Below are positions 22,227 through 47,295 of a DNA stretch of 64,000 nt, in pieces. The stretch's first letter is position 1, and every line of letters begins with the position of its first letter. Made by a program: the position numbers and the translations under genes. The DNA is from Amoebidium appalachense (lineage: Eukaryota > Protista > Ichthyosporea): the NCBI GenBank assembly GCA_963693365.1, contig CAVNZM010000001.1:20282125-20346124 (forward strand), written 5' to 3'. Under the pieces are notes generated by a model that saw nothing but the letters and a program-made list of their open reading frames with translations, searched no databases and had not been told where the DNA came from.

Positions 22227-23805
22227 ATGGGCCAGGCACTAGAGACAGAGCACGCAGCACGTGCGCGGCAGGAGGAGTGGCTGCAGTGGCTGTGTGCCCT
22301 CACCCCCGCACGCCTTACAGCCTTCGTAGACGAGGCAAACGACTTGTCACGGCGCGTGTTTGACGAGAATGGCACCTACTTGCGGTTCTTGTGGCTTAAC
22401 AACGAGTGCTATAGTGAGGAGGGGGCGAAGTGGAGGGACGAGGTGGAGATAGGCTGCGAAAAGGTAGGTGTTCAGAGGTCCGGCCAAACTCCTGGGTTTA
22501 ATTATTAGATTTGGATTTTGCAGAATGGTGGGAGGTTGTGGTTGGGTGCCTTCCCCCCCCCCCCTCCCCCCACAACGGCCACCCCCACGCCCCTTCTCCC
22601 CCCCCCCCCCCTCCCCCCCCCCCCCCCCCCCCAACACCCCCCTCCCCCCCCCCCCCCCCCCCCCCCCCCCTCGCCAAGGAGGTTGTGGTTGGGTGTCTGC
22701 CCCCCCTCCTCCCCCCCCCCCCCCCCCCCCCCCCCACAACGGCCACCCCCACGCCCCTTCTTCTCCCCCCCTCCCCCCCCCCCCCCCAAACACACACACA
22801 CACACACCCGGTCACCACCACCACTGCTATCACCACTGCCATTAACACTTAAAGTGCTTCGCCCCATCCACCTTCCCCCCTTTCCTTCTTTTTTGCCCTA
22901 TGAATCCCACCCCTTCTTACCTCTTCGCAAGGGCCAGGCTTCACATCACCTTTAAATTTTGCAGGCGAAGCTGGCTAGATAGATAGATCTATGCTAAGGT
23001 CTATTGCCTCCCCAACTGTGTGTTCCTGTGCAGCCGGATGTATGTGCGTGTGTCTTTTGCACGACACCCGTACCCTATCTACATGGTTTCGTGCGCTTTT
23101 CATGTCTTCGTGTGTGTGCACACTATGTGCTTATCAATAGTCTTTGCACTTGCTTGCTGCTACTGGAAAGGTTTTATGCTTCAATTCTCACAAATCTGGC
23201 CACGTACACAATTAACTCACACACAAACCTTTCCGGATCTATAGGCATAGCCACTGATCACGTTCTTACTCCTCACACACCTGCCCCCTTCAGGTGCACT
23301 GTGACAGTGTGAACGAGCTCAAGCTCCTCCGCCTACCCCAGTTCCACCGTCTTGTTTGCATCATACGTGAGCACGTGCATATGGACATAGGCAACCTGGA
23401 GGCCAGTGATCTGCTGACAGCACTTAGACGACTAGACACAGACTGGGAGTGTCTGGTGTGTGCTGCTGCCCCAGTGGATGAGGCCCTGCCCTGCGGCCAT
23501 GCATTCTGCAGTGCCTGTCTGAACGCATGGTATGTGCAAACCCTCCCCTCGCCCCTCCCCTCCCCTCCCTCTCTCCCCCCCCCCCCTCCCCCCCCTCCTC
23601 CCCCTTCCCTTCCCTTTACCTGGGGTGGGGGAGGGGGGGAGGGGGGTGTATATCCCTTGCCATTTTACCCGTTATCTTCCTGTACTCTGTACCTCATTCT
23701 ACCTCTCCCCCCCCCCCCCTCCCCCTCCCCTCCTCGCACTTTCTCCCCTACCCGTAAGTTACCAAACCCCCACGTCTCCAAAACCTCCCTTCCCCCCTCC
23801 CCTCC

Positions 23806-23841
<36 letters not shown>

Positions 23842-23976
23842 CCCCAGCCCTCCCTTTCCCCTGTGTGGTGTGGTCCTTCCTTACACATCAGGATGTTCAA
23901 TCCCCCCCCCCCCCCCCCCCCCTTTCCCCCCATCGATCCTGATCCTGTCCCTCTGAACTGTTGCCTTGGCGCGGCA

Positions 23977-24025
<49 letters not shown>

Positions 24026-24386
24026 AAAAAAAAAAAAAAAAAACCATCTTCAAGCACACGGCACTATTACCATCATGAACACTGGCCTGCCTGCCCATTG
24101 CTGCTTCACAGCTGCTCTCCCTGCACCCTATTTTTATTCTTGTGTCTCGGGCATGCACATGATTTGTGTACAATTAGCAAGGCATTGTACACACAAGAAA
24201 AACCATCCCCCCCCCCCCCCCCCCTCCCCCGCAATTGATGACTTGGGCCCTCCCTGAGGATGGGCTCTGCTTATGACGCATACTGTGCGCATGGCTGATG
24301 CTGCATACTTGAATGTTTGCCTTTGCATGTGTCCTGCATCATGCTTCTCATCGTCTATGCGTACTTCGTACTGTGTTCCGCATTCA

Positions 24387-24425
<39 letters not shown>

Positions 24426-24657
24426 CGCCCGCGCGCGTGCCTTTCTCTGGTCGAAAGAAGGGATGGGTTGAGAACCAAGAACGATCTCTTGCCTCCCCCA
24501 ATAGTAGTTTCCTTTTTGTGTTTCTATTGTTTGGCCTTGTGCATTCTGGTTTCATTCGTTTTGCTCCAACATTTTCATGCAACACCCCCATAACCCCCCC
24601 CCCCCCCCCCCCCCCCCCTCCCCCCTCCCCCCCCCCCTCCCTTCATGCACGCGCATG

Positions 24658-24709
<52 letters not shown>

Positions 24710-25011
24710 ATCTTCACCAACCCCAGCAGGGGCCCAGCTCCAACCCCAACCCCAAACCCTTTACCCCCATCCGTTCGTTCCTTCCTTCTTTAACCTGTGG
24801 ACTTCTTGATATTCACATTTATCTGTGCACGTGTTTTTTTTTATATTGCACACAGTTACTAACACCGACATTCGGCAGGGATGCAACGCAAAAGGGCTGC
24901 CCGGTGTGCCGGCAGGTGCCCGACTCCACCGAGGAGACGTATGTGCTGGCCGATGGGCCCACAATCAACCAGATTGGTGCCCTGGTCATGGACGCAGCCG
25001 ATGCCGTTTGA
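22227..25011 (+). CDS. RNF141: RING finger protein, RNF141-like (exons 22227-22463, 23294-23529, 24879-25011)
   Basis: MGQ start (possible myristoylation site) and LTPARLTAFVDEANDLS...FLW...WRDEVEIGCEK. C3HC4 RING ECLVC...LPCGHAFCSACLNAW|DATQKGCPVCR, then EETYVLADGP. This is collinear with the RNF141 architecture as I recall it, and splice phases are consistent. Confidence 0.8.
22531..22770. repeat. Two-copy tandem duplication interleaved with poly(C) tracts
   Basis: GGAGGTTGTGGTTGGGTG...(C)n...ACAACGGCCACCCCCACGCCCCTTCT occurs twice. Confidence 0.7.
24231..24388 (+). mobile_element. Poly(C)-associated Penelope-like element, family B, truncated copy (158 bp)
   Basis: Reverse complement of 36582-36739. 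Ends GCATTCAAA followed by ~36 C and is preceded by a C-rich tract. It is in RNF141 intron 2. Confidence 0.85.
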
Positions 25012-25496
25012 AAATTGGGTGAAAGTTAGATTTATGTTTTGAAGTGCAAAGAGAGAGTGTGGAGGGGCAATATCTCACCTATGCGCATTATAATGCATGA
25101 ATGATGTGCTTCATACGCAGCTAAGATTAGTACAAATGTGAGCAGAATTTTGTAGGTGCAATTTATGATTCCCGTAATTTAGAGTATCGCTAGCGCTTCT
25201 TTGCTTTCCTTGCCCTTTGTCGAATCTCAATGGTATGCGCGATATATTCAGCTTTCTAACATTGATGACTTACCTACTTAGACCGATGATAGAGCGCCTT
25301 GTAAGACCCATCCATATGTATGAATGAATGCCTTGTACTATTGAGGTTATAACTTCCGCGCACCAGCAAACCCGATAGTGTAACGTGTGCGGTTTTTAGA
25401 ATTGCAAGCTGCACGAGCATAGCATATATGAAAGTGTGTGTGTGTGCACGTGTGTGCTTGTGCGAATGTGTGTGTGTGTATATGTGTTGGTGTGTG

Positions 25497-25559
<63 letters not shown>

Positions 25560-26193
25560 TTTGCGTGTGTGCATTGTGCAACCTGCAGGGGGTGGCCATG
25601 GCCCAGGGGTACTGTTTCGTGTGCATGCATGTGTGGTGGCAACATGGTTGTGTGTGACGAGTGATTTTTTGAGCTCCCGGCCATTTGTACAGCTTTGCCT
25701 TTATATATGCTTTATTCCAATCGTTGGCTACATTAAATTTAAATCTGTAAAAAAAAAAAACAGCGCCCAATGATACTGCTTACATAACGGGCTGCTCTTC
25801 ATCTACAGTCTTTCCGACTATTAAACACCAGAACAACGAGCAAATCCTAACCCCCCCCCCCCCCCAACTCTCCCCTGCCCTCGGGATGCTCCCCCCATTC
25901 TTTCACTCCTCCGACTACCCTGCTTGCTCATAAGCAGTGTCTCCTCAGGGCCCAAAAACTACCCCGAATTAGCACTCATTCATTCAACAGTTAGGCCACC
26001 CCCATTGCGGGTACAACCATTATAACCCAAAAAGATGCAAACAAAAAACCTTACCCAATCCGTGTAACCAAGAATAACTACAACACACACCTTCTATTTC
26101 ATATCTTATGCTACCCCTCTCACACGCGCACCTCATACCACTGTGATATGCGCCACTAATCGGATTTTAGGCTACCCCCCACCCAATCAGGCC

Positions 26194-32990
<6,797 letters not shown>

Positions 32991-33285
32991 GATGGCGTGG
33001 ACGTGCAGGACCGTGCCGAAGCGTTCGAAAAGTTGCTATGTCTTTGGCCCCAAGTTTTGCACGACAGCTCAGGCAGATGCAGCTATTGCTCAGCCAGGAT
33101 GTATAGAAACGTCTACCCTACACCTATCCGCTAACTAACTTCAGCTTCATCGAACACTGGCCTGCCTTCACGCCACTGTGGCATCACTTTGAATTCACCC
33201 ACACTTGAAAAAATTCGAGCACAGAATATGGCTCCCTAGATGGTTAGGGTGAAAGAGGCGGTTTTTGCTTGACAGGCGTGAAGCA

Positions 33286-33635
33286 GTTGGATTGGCTGTT
33301 GGATTCTAGCCGATCTTGATTATGATTGGGTGTTTACGAAAGGGGTGGGAAGTAGCCTTCCACTGAACATGTTGAAACGACTGGGGTAGGGTGGGGAAAA
33401 GAACAAGAATTCAGTAAATTACTAAAAGAATAAAAGGAAAAAAACATGAAAAGGTTAATTTAAAAATTATTTTTAAAATTAACCTATCAAGTACTTTACC
33501 TTTGGGCTTTTCAAGCTAGATTGACAGGGACTCAGGACAGAACCGATGAATATTTTGCCCCTCACTTTGAGGTGCGCTCTGTAGGTACTATTGGCTATTA
33601 ATCTTTCTACCGATCCATAAAAACGTATATAATCT
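33286..33635. promoter_or_regulatory. Probable bidirectional promoter between PGAM5 (-) and H2A (+)
   Basis: ~700-bp head-to-head gap. Several ATTGG (reverse CCAAT) boxes at ~33291, ~33325 and ~33590, and TATATAA at ~33627 just upstream of the H2A start. Confidence 0.55.
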
Positions 33636-33693
33636 AGCGCACATCTGCGGCCTGTCGTCAGTTGATCGTTTCTCTCTCCTCGCAAACGCAAAC

Positions 33694-34122
33694 ATGTCTG
33701 GCAAGGGCAAGGGTGGTAAGGGGGCTGGGAAGACCGCCTCCGGCAAGTCCAAGTCGCGCTCTTCGCGCGCCGGGCTTCAGTTCCCTGTGGGCCGTGTGCA
33801 CCGTCTGCTCCGCAAGGGCAACTACGCTGAGCGCGTGGGTGCCGGTGCCCCCGTGTACCTGGCAGCCGTCCTCGAGTACCTGGCTGCTGAGATTCTCGAG
33901 CTGGCTGGCAACGCTGCCCGCGACAACAAGAAGACCCGTATCATTCCCCGCCACCTTCAGCTCGCCATCCGCAACGACGAGGAGCTGAACCGCCTGCTTG
34001 GCGGCGTGACCATTGCACAGGGTGGTGTGCTGCCCAACATCCACGCCGTTCTCCTGCCCAAGAAGACCGGCAAGGAGGGTGCCCCCAAGAAGGGTGCCTC
34101 CAGCCAGAGCCAGGAGTTCTAA
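33694..34122 (+). CDS. H2A: Histone H2A, intronless, with H2A.X-type C-terminal SQEF
   Basis: [79 protein letters not shown]...[13 protein letters not shown]...SQSQEF*. Confidence 0.98.
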   Translation: MSGKGKGGKGAGKTASGKSKSRSSRAGLQFPVGRVHRLLRKGNYAERVGAGAPVYLAAVLEYLAAEILELAGNAARDNKKTRIIPRHLQLAIRNDEELNRLLGGVTIAQGGVLPNIHAVLLPKKTGKEGAPKKGASSQSQEF

Positions 34123-34151
34123 GTGCCCGGCCCAGAACCACAACCAAAATA

Positions 34152-34167
34152 GGTGTTTTTTAACACC
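34152..34167 (+). promoter_or_regulatory. Histone 3'-UTR stem-loop
   Basis: CCAAAATA-GGTGTT-TTTT-AACACC-ACCAC lies 30 nt after the stop. It has a 6-bp stem starting GG, a 4-nt U-rich loop, an A-rich 5' flank and an ACCA 3' flank. Confidence 0.85.
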
Positions 34168-34602
34168 ACCACTCCTCAAAGACATATCATACAGTCATCG
34201 CTTTTTCTTGGGGGGGGGGGGGGGGGGTAGTTTTCGTTGTTCGTGCTCCGAGCAACAATAACTTGCTATTACAAACGTGTGGGTTCATAATGGTGCTGGT
34301 GTTGTCGGGTGTTGCTTTCCTCGTCTCTTAAAACTATTATGATACCCAAGGGCTCATGTATAGCTCAAAAAAACTGATAACAAGTGGTGCTGCAACCTTC
34401 TTACCGGGTAAGTTAGTGGTTTTGCACCTGAATCTTGGTGGCAAGTTGGATTGCTTGGTGGGCTAATAAGAACCTTTTTAGTTCCTAATAATTCTTTTAC
34501 GGTACAGCAGTTTCCACACTTCTGCTGCAAGTATTCTCAAAACTGACGTAGCTCTACGGGCACTTTCCCAGTGGGCCGTTTTACGGCTCAACTGCCTCTT
34601 TT

Positions 34603-34657
<55 letters not shown>

Positions 34658-34845
34658 CCGTTTCCAACACCATCCCTCATTCTCTCGCATATGACACACA
34701 ACTGCAACCTTCTGAGGTAGCTTTTATTTTTCAAGGGGCTGTGGACGATCCGGGGGGCGGCTGATCACGTGACTCCTGCCAGCGTCGATTTATTCATACA
34801 TAGGCTAGAGGGCACAGTCAGTACGTGCCAGCGGCACAAAATCTC

Positions 34846-34887
<42 letters not shown>

Positions 34888-34935
34888 ACCCCCAACCTTC
34901 GCCCCCATCTCTTATCCCATCTCTCGCATACATAC

Positions 34936-34972
<37 letters not shown>

Positions 34973-35932
34973 TCTCTCTCTCTCGTATACATACACAAAA
35001 TGCAACGTTTATTCGAATTCCCCTCATAAGTTCCTCCGCCCTTCCCCCCCAGGTCAACCACTTTGTTCTCCTAAGGATGGCCTCTGCCTGTGCTGCATAT
35101 GTCCAGTAGGCGTACTTGGAATGTGTGCGTATGTCCTTAGACGGTCGTGAATTTGTGCTCCATACCGCAGACTACCACATTCTAGCCTCCACACATACAT
35201 ACGAATCTACCCACCCTCACAAGCGCTCCCCACCCTCCCCGTAGGGCACGACTTGGCTCCTCCGGGGATAACCAGTGCACGATCACCCTTATTTGTAAGA
35301 ATTTTTGTTTGAGCCCCCCCCCCCCCCCCCCCCCCCCCCCCGCCCTACCCCCGGGAGGGCCTCCCTCCAATGCCTATATCCGCCAGTTGTACAGTACCCG
35401 AAGGCAAGAAATGTTAGGGCTGCATTTTTGATGAAACCTGTCTCCGACCAGTCGGAGGAGCCTGGAAGCCACATACATAAAGCTACCACGTGTAACACAT
35501 GACATACAAAGAAGTCAAAAAAATATGCCTTATTGCTGTTTTGTCCATCTGCAATGCACACTATGCTGCAAAAGCTTTAGGTCAGGTATTGTACACGAAA
35601 GTAAGTGCACAAATCATTAAGTGACTCTACAGTACCAAGATTCTGTAACTTCAATAGGTGGACTATGGGCAAATGATTCTTGTCAACAAGTGGTGAGGTC
35701 GTGTGTGTGTGTGTGTGAGTGTGAGTGTGAGTGTATGTGTCTGCGTGTGTCTCTGTGTACGTGTGTCTGTGTCTGCGAGTGTGTCTGTGCCAGTTCATAG
35801 TTCAGCTATTTGGCAGTCCATCTATATCTCAACCCCAATTCGTACTCCGTGCTTCACCTCTACACCTCCTCCCCCTCCCCCCTTCCCCCCCCCCCCCCCC
35901 CCCCCCCCTCTCTCCCCCATCCACGAACCCCC

Positions 35933-40728
<4,796 letters not shown>

Positions 40729-41254
40729 GTTGATGGTTGAAACGGAGACTCGCTCCACTGAATATATACAACTGCCTTGCTTGTAAAGACGTGACTAGCT
40801 TCGCCTGTGCGCTCAAGCGAGGAGCTTATGAAGGATACGTGTCTCCGTGTGGTGGAAAGCTACACTCGGGAATAAGCGAAGCTAGGTTGTTTACGACGCA
40901 AGCCCTCTCTGTTGTTCTTTCACTCTACACACCCAATAGCAACCAGACAAAGTTAAGGGGTCGAGGGCCAGGCAAGGGGCTGCTAGCTTCGTGGCAAGGT
41001 GGGCGTGTAGAGGAAGTATGTACAGGAGAGGGTGGTAAGACTTAGTGCTTTCAAGTGACGGCCCCGAGGCTCGAGATCTAGAGCGCATGCATGCGCCCCC
41101 GTTCAGCTGCGTGGCCGCATGGGTAAGTGAGCAAATACAGTACAGGGATCTGAAATTTGTTCTTAGGGGGCTGCAATTGAATATGATAGGGGGGCACCAT
41201 CACACATACAAACGAAATCAACGAATTGGCATTTCTACGATGATATAAGGAGGA

Positions 41255-41296
<42 letters not shown>

Positions 41297-41883
41297 CTCT
41301 CCCTCCTGAGTTTCAACTCCCAGGCTTCCCTTCTCTCCCTGCCACCCTCTCCCTCTATACAACTACTCAGGCTCTCCCCTCCCTCCCTGGCTCTGTCCCT
41401 CCCTCCCCCTCTCTCTAGCGGCCCCCCTCCACCCCGTCCGAGCCCCCCCCCGAGTCTCTCTCTCTCTCTTTCTCTTTCTCGTTCTCTCCCTTCCTCTCTC
41501 TTCTGCCATTCCCTCCCCACCCCTCTCTCGCCGACTCTCCTTTCCCCCCGAGTCTCTTTATAGTCGCTCTCTTGTCTCTGAGTCTCTTTCTCTCTCTGTC
41601 TCTCTCTTACTCGGTACATGCCCACATCCTTCTCCCTCCCTCTCCCTGTCGGGATTCCCCCCGAACCCCCTCCTCCCTCTTGCCCACCCCATTCCAACTT
41701 TTATTTGAAACAAGAAGGCCGTCCTCTGCTCCTTGAATCTCCTTACACCCAAACTTTGGCAGTTATTCAGCAGAAGAGCACCCGTTTCATTTCTGCCTTT
41801 GTAGAGCCCTTGTTTTGCGCTTTAAGCACCTTCCGCACTTGACCTGTACACACACACGCGCGCGCGCGCACACACACACACAG

Positions 41884-41918
<35 letters not shown>

Positions 41919-42659
41919 CGCACGCACGCACGCACAGTACAGTCACACACACACACACAAACACACACACACGCACGCACACCACGCATCCCAGCCAACG
42001 GTAGTTCTGCCACAGTCACCCTTGACCCGTCCTGGAACCTGGTGTGTTCTTTTTGGACGTCGACGACCGTGTGGTGGCGCTGAATTATATTCATGTTTTT
42101 GGAGGTTCATATGTTGTTTTGAGGCTACCATGGCAGCCCACGTACTCATCTAAGTCATCTACCTATGCATCGAGTCTAACCCGGCCACGACTGAACGTGC
42201 AAGGAAGCTTTGTTGGGAAGTTGAAACAAAGCCCCGTCTCTCGCGCGTGACCCTGAGCCACGGCGAAGTTCAATTATAGGTGGCAGTATAGTAGTCAGCG
42301 AATATGCATTCGCGAATTTGTTGGTGGATGTGCACGTGCACCTGCTATGTTAGCCGCCTCAGTGTGCCGTGTGTGTGCACGCGTGTTGAGTGCAGTTGTT
42401 TTTTGACTGCCTGCCAAGGCAAAAGCAAAGCCTCTGGCTGCACTGATCATGATGTCCACTGTGACAAGTTTTTTGTAGACTATACCCCTCTGACGTGCAC
42501 TCTGTTACACACACAACAAACGTACGGTGCACCAAGTGCGCGTCACGGTACACGTGTCTGAGTGAAACGGCAGTAAGTGAAAAAAGCATGGATTACTTAA
42601 GGCTGTGTGTCACTGTCTACATCACCAATTTTGTATGACGCACGGCGCCATCCCATTAA

Positions 42660-43157
42660 AGTTCCCTCCGATATTATAGGGCTAACGCGCTACTAATGTC
42701 AATTAGAGAGTGTATACACCAATCAAATGGGCGCAATCCTGCGCAACGTCTGATGTGACTCATGTGGCCACATCAGTGCGTTTTAGAGACTAGAGACCAC
42801 ACAAGTAAAAAAAAACTCAATACAATGTTACACACAGGAAATTTTTGTTTAAACTTGCTTCCCATACTTTGAGTTGCAACAACGTAGCGTATTGCTAGAG
42901 CGACTTTCACTAACTTGCTGGTCCCGTCGAGAGCTAGTATACTCGTGCATACGCCGCTATGCCAAAATTGAATTTAAAATCTTATAGAATGACGTCACAC
43001 AATCCTAGAAGGGAAGTTGTACTATTTTGAATGCGGTCAGATTACACATGATAGCTAGCGAATCGAACCTGGTATCCACCTTGCATTTGATTGGTGTATA
43101 CACGGACTATGTGGCGATTAGGACGCGTTAGCCCTATAATATCTATCGGAGGGAACT
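42660..43157. mobile_element. ~500-bp non-autonomous DNA transposon with TTAA target duplication and AG...CT ends (Kolobok-like)
   Basis: TTAA|AGTTCCCTCCGATATTATAGGGCTAACGCG...GTGTATACACCAATCAAATG at the left and its reverse complement at 43084-43157|TTAA. The TIRs are ~70 bp and imperfect. Confidence 0.78.
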
Positions 43158-43230
43158 TTAACACAAATGCCCGCGCAACCAAAAATCGGTCTGTAAATTT
43201 TAAAAGGAAACGGCATTCAGACACCTGAAA

Positions 43231-44080
43231 TATATGATTTTCACAGTGTTCAGGTATCTTAGTATGCACTTGACTTGTGCCATGCGCTGAAAGAGTTCGA
43301 CGATTTTCAGGGTACTGCGCTGCGCGCTTTGTTTCGTACTCGGTTTGTGCCTCCCTTAATCAGTATGTTTTGATTGTCGTCTGCTGTTTGTCGTATGGAG
43401 GAATTGTCTCTTCGTTTTTGTTTTCATTTAGTTAGGATACCTGATGGTCACCCTCTTTATGCTTTCTTTCCCCCCCTCCCTCCATATGCATCCCTCTTCC
43501 CCCCCGATTCACCAACGCTACTTCTGAATGTCCTCGGCCTACCCTCTTTCAACCTGATTCTTCCTCTCGCTATCTCACTCCCTCTTTCTTTTCTCTTCCT
43601 GTTTTTTCTGCCTTTTCGCGTTATTACCATACACAGTATAAGTTTCTTTCTCGTTCTGATAGAGAAATCAAAGGTAAAACTCAGTCGGCATGTGTTATGT
43701 TCTATAGGCAACACGGTACTGATCATTATCGCATTTTGGGAGCTTTGGCAGGATACATTTCTCCTGCTGTACGTATGGATACCACCCTAGTAGATAAATC
43801 TGTATGGTGCTCTGATGTTGATATTGCCTGGGAAGTTGTGCAGTGGCGTTGTAATTCTTGTTTTCATCGCCGCTGGTGCCACTTTTGTGCTGAACTTTTT
43901 AATCGCAAGCATGTTGATAGGTGTGAGTTTTTATGTTGCGTTTTACCTCTTTCCCTACGGGTGTCTGCTACACTAGCTGGCAATGTGAACACTTTAGACT
44001 TCTTGTTGAATTCTGTTGGTCGTCACATTGAGTATTTATATGATTTTCACACAGTGTTCAGGTATCTCAGTATTCACTTG
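43231..44080. repeat. ~42-bp direct repeats bracketing an ~800-bp AT-rich segment
   Basis: TATATGATTTTCACA(CA)GTGTTCAGGTATCTYAGTATKCACTTG at ~43231-43272 and ~44037-44080. Confidence 0.7.
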
Positions 44081-44233
44081 TTACTGGATAACTCGTGAAG
44101 TTTTTATTGTCTTCTCAGTATGCCGTGCATACTTGCATATTGATTGGCTGCGCTGGAAAACGCAGTAGGCCGTCGAATGTGGCTGGGCCTCCGGCAGTGA
44201 TCCACGCAATAAAAAGTGTGTAAACCCCCACTT

Positions 44234-44559
44234 GCATATCTTTTCCGTCGAATAAATCCAGTCAAAAGAAAAATTTGGAATCTCATTTTCCCAAAAAGAC
44301 GTCAAAGTGACGTTATACCTATATTAGGATACATAAGACTTCAGATTACTATTTTTAGTAACAGTTTTGGGGCGCACAGACCTACAAAAGCATATGATAA
44401 CGCAGCCCTCAGTTCTGGGCTGAGAGTCACCGGAATATTCAAATAGTTGAACCTAAACTTTGAGACTTCGCCATCTTTTCAGTCACTATGAGGCCCCCCC
44501 CTTGCCGAGGACCCAAAGAGTGTGAGTGTGTTTGCGTGAGTGTGAATGTGTGTGTGTGT

Positions 44560-44600
<41 letters not shown>

Positions 44601-44745
44601 GTTAATTGGCAGACGACGACTTGCTCATTCAAAGTTTCCTGTCCACCGGAATATGTGTGTTTGCGTGTGTGTTGTTTTTTTTTGTGACGGTGTGGCTGTG
44701 TTTTGTGTGTGTCGGCATTTGCCTCTCTCTCTGTCCGTGTGTGTG

Positions 44746-44788
<43 letters not shown>

Positions 44789-45012
44789 CGCGCGCACCAC
44801 ACGTATTTCCCCCGGGAGGGGGGGGGGGGGGGGGGGGGGGGGATTGGGACACGTTTGTTAATTCGCAGACTAAGACTTGCTCATTTCAAAGTTTCCTGTC
44901 CACCGGAATATGTGTATGTGTGTGTGTCGTTTTTTTATGTTTGTGTGGCCGTGTTTTGTGTGTGTCTGCATTTGTCTCTGTCTGTGTGTCTCTGTGTGTG
45001 TGCCAGGTGTGT

Positions 45013-45045
<33 letters not shown>

Positions 45046-45690
45046 GTGGTGGTGGTGGTGGTGGTGGAGCTGGGGGGGGGGGGGGGGGGGGGGGGGGGGG
45101 AGAATGCGCCTTTATTAATGTCTGATTGTGCGTCTGACTCGAGCATCAGCTCAGCTAGAAGTGTGCCCTCTAGATGTGCGTGTTCTGTGTGTGTCAGCCT
45201 TGCGTTGTGTTCGTTTGGCTTGGTTGGCTTTACCAGCCCTCTGCTTTTTCGTCCATCTCGTCATGATGCCGAGAGAACCATGTGTGTATTTTCTTTAAAA
45301 AAAAAAATCACCAGTGTGGGGAGATGTTTGTGTCGACAACAGGAAAAGAAAAAAGGAAAGAGAGAAACGAAAACGTGCGCACACTAGTGGGAAAATGGCG
45401 CGCCAAAACGGCGCAAAATTGCGATGGCTGGCACAAGCGCACTGCCCCATAATTTAAAATTTAAGGTGATTAGGTTTAAAATTTTAATATAGAACTATTT
45501 TGATTCAAAAGATCACATAGGAGCCTAGCCGATATGTCTTTATCCGTCTCATTTTTCGGGACCAATAGTAAACTTTGAACTCGCCTCGACTTCGGACTAA
45601 GCAAACTTTGGAGAACACATGTCGGGCTATCGAATTTGCTTAATTTCAAGCATATCTTTCCGTCGAATAAATCCAGTCAAAAGAAAAAAT
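44234..45690. repeat. Dispersed direct repeats in a gene-free, transposon-like region
   Basis: GCATATCTTT(T)CCGTCGAATAAATCCAGTCAAAAGAAAAA at ~44234 and ~45650. GACTTGCTCATT(T)CAAAGTTTCCTGTCCACCGGAATATGTGT at ~44618 and ~44874. Confidence 0.65.
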
Positions 45691-47057
45691 AATTTCAAGT
45701 CAATACCCGTAAATCCAAGGGGGCTCAATAATCTGGCGGCCGCCGGGCATTTGTGTTAGTGGGATCGGATGTGCGTCATACGGTGTGTCACACACACAAG
45801 TCGAGTCGTGTGTCCTGCTTCTCCCTCGCGATCGCGATCGAAATTGATCGGCAAATATCCTGCAGCAACGTAAGACAACGTTGTGCAATTCCGCATCATC
45901 ATTGGCATGATGGCATCACACAAAAAGATACCTAAACAAAGCGTTTCAAACAAGATTAGACTATATTGATAAAAAATCATTTATTTAAAAACAAAGCAAA
46001 TAAAGCTTACCAAGGCTGCGAAGTGGTCGTTGATTCTATATTTGCTGGACAACTTGAGCTTTGTTCAAAACTTTTGTCTGGGATGCACAGAACATGAGCT
46101 GATAGCCCACAACCAATCGGAATTGCTCCGTGTCACACCCAATCAAAGCGACCAGCATCAAAAGCTACCTCTTGTTTTCATGACAAATCACGAATGAACA
46201 TGGTGGATTTCGAAAGGGTGGCGTTCGATAATTTGGTATGATGCGGCAAGGAAAACTATTTAAGTTCATACACAATTTTTCGCTAATAATCTACATAAAT
46301 TATACCAATATGTATTTAAGAAAGAAAATCTTCTTCTTTTGGCTATTGCCTATAAGCTTTCATCAACAAAGTGCGGGACATTGGTCAGTGGCCCACCGCC
46401 CGTGGCGAACCAGGTTGATTCCAAACTCACTTGACCAATCAAGTGTCATGTATAAATGATTAGTCATCCGGCTTTTTACCGTCTCCCGGACACCCAGTAT
46501 GTGACGTATGATGCCTTGTGCAACTTGAAACATGGAACATCGAGCGTGGCAATGTGAGTCTGTGACACGAGCTCCGCCGCTCATGTTCTGAGCGAATGTT
46601 AGGGACCACCAATTGGCTGAAGAAACAAGAACAAACATTAGGTTAGAGGGGTGCATAGGGCTTAAACAGCTAGATATTAGTTTGGGGACAGAAGATATGA
46701 AGAAACTTGGAGACCCACATCGAGAAAGCAGCGCAGTCTGGGGAGCGTTTTGGAGGGAGTGGGGCGCAGTTGGATAGCCAACGATTTCGCTTGTGTGTTC
46801 GTTTCCTGACACTATAGGTAGAAGCTTTCAGTTCAGAATCATATTGATTCAGAATCATATTGATTCTTAACTCCACTTTGCATTTTATGTGTTCTGGTAC
46901 TCGTGTCGCTTTGTGTGGTAATCTCGTGCTTGTACATGGGTGGCAACCCTGTTAGCAACCTTCATGGGGTGTGTTTGGTTCGCCCCGAAGCACCTGTCAT
47001 GCCTGCTTTCAGCACGCGAAAAAGACACCAAGTTTAGATAGTTTTTTTTTCTTCCAG

Positions 47058-47260
47058 TCATCGTGGCACGGACGGGCGATCCAGCAGGCGGTCAGCGGAA
47101 AACTGGGACGGATGCTTGGTAATGACATGTATAAGGTAGAGCCAAGTGGGCGTGCACCTGCCCTACTTAAGACTGGGCTGGCACAGAAAGTCTCGCACAG
47201 GCTGTGGCGCTGGTCCCTCCACAGCGAGGCGGACGAGGAGAGCAAGGTGAGGAGTTTTTT

Positions 47261-47295
<35 letters not shown>

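Noticed and set aside
41700-42600. Possible exons or an RT-like 'FFLDV' motif
   Set aside because: No consistent spliced frame could be built, and no other RT motifs are present.
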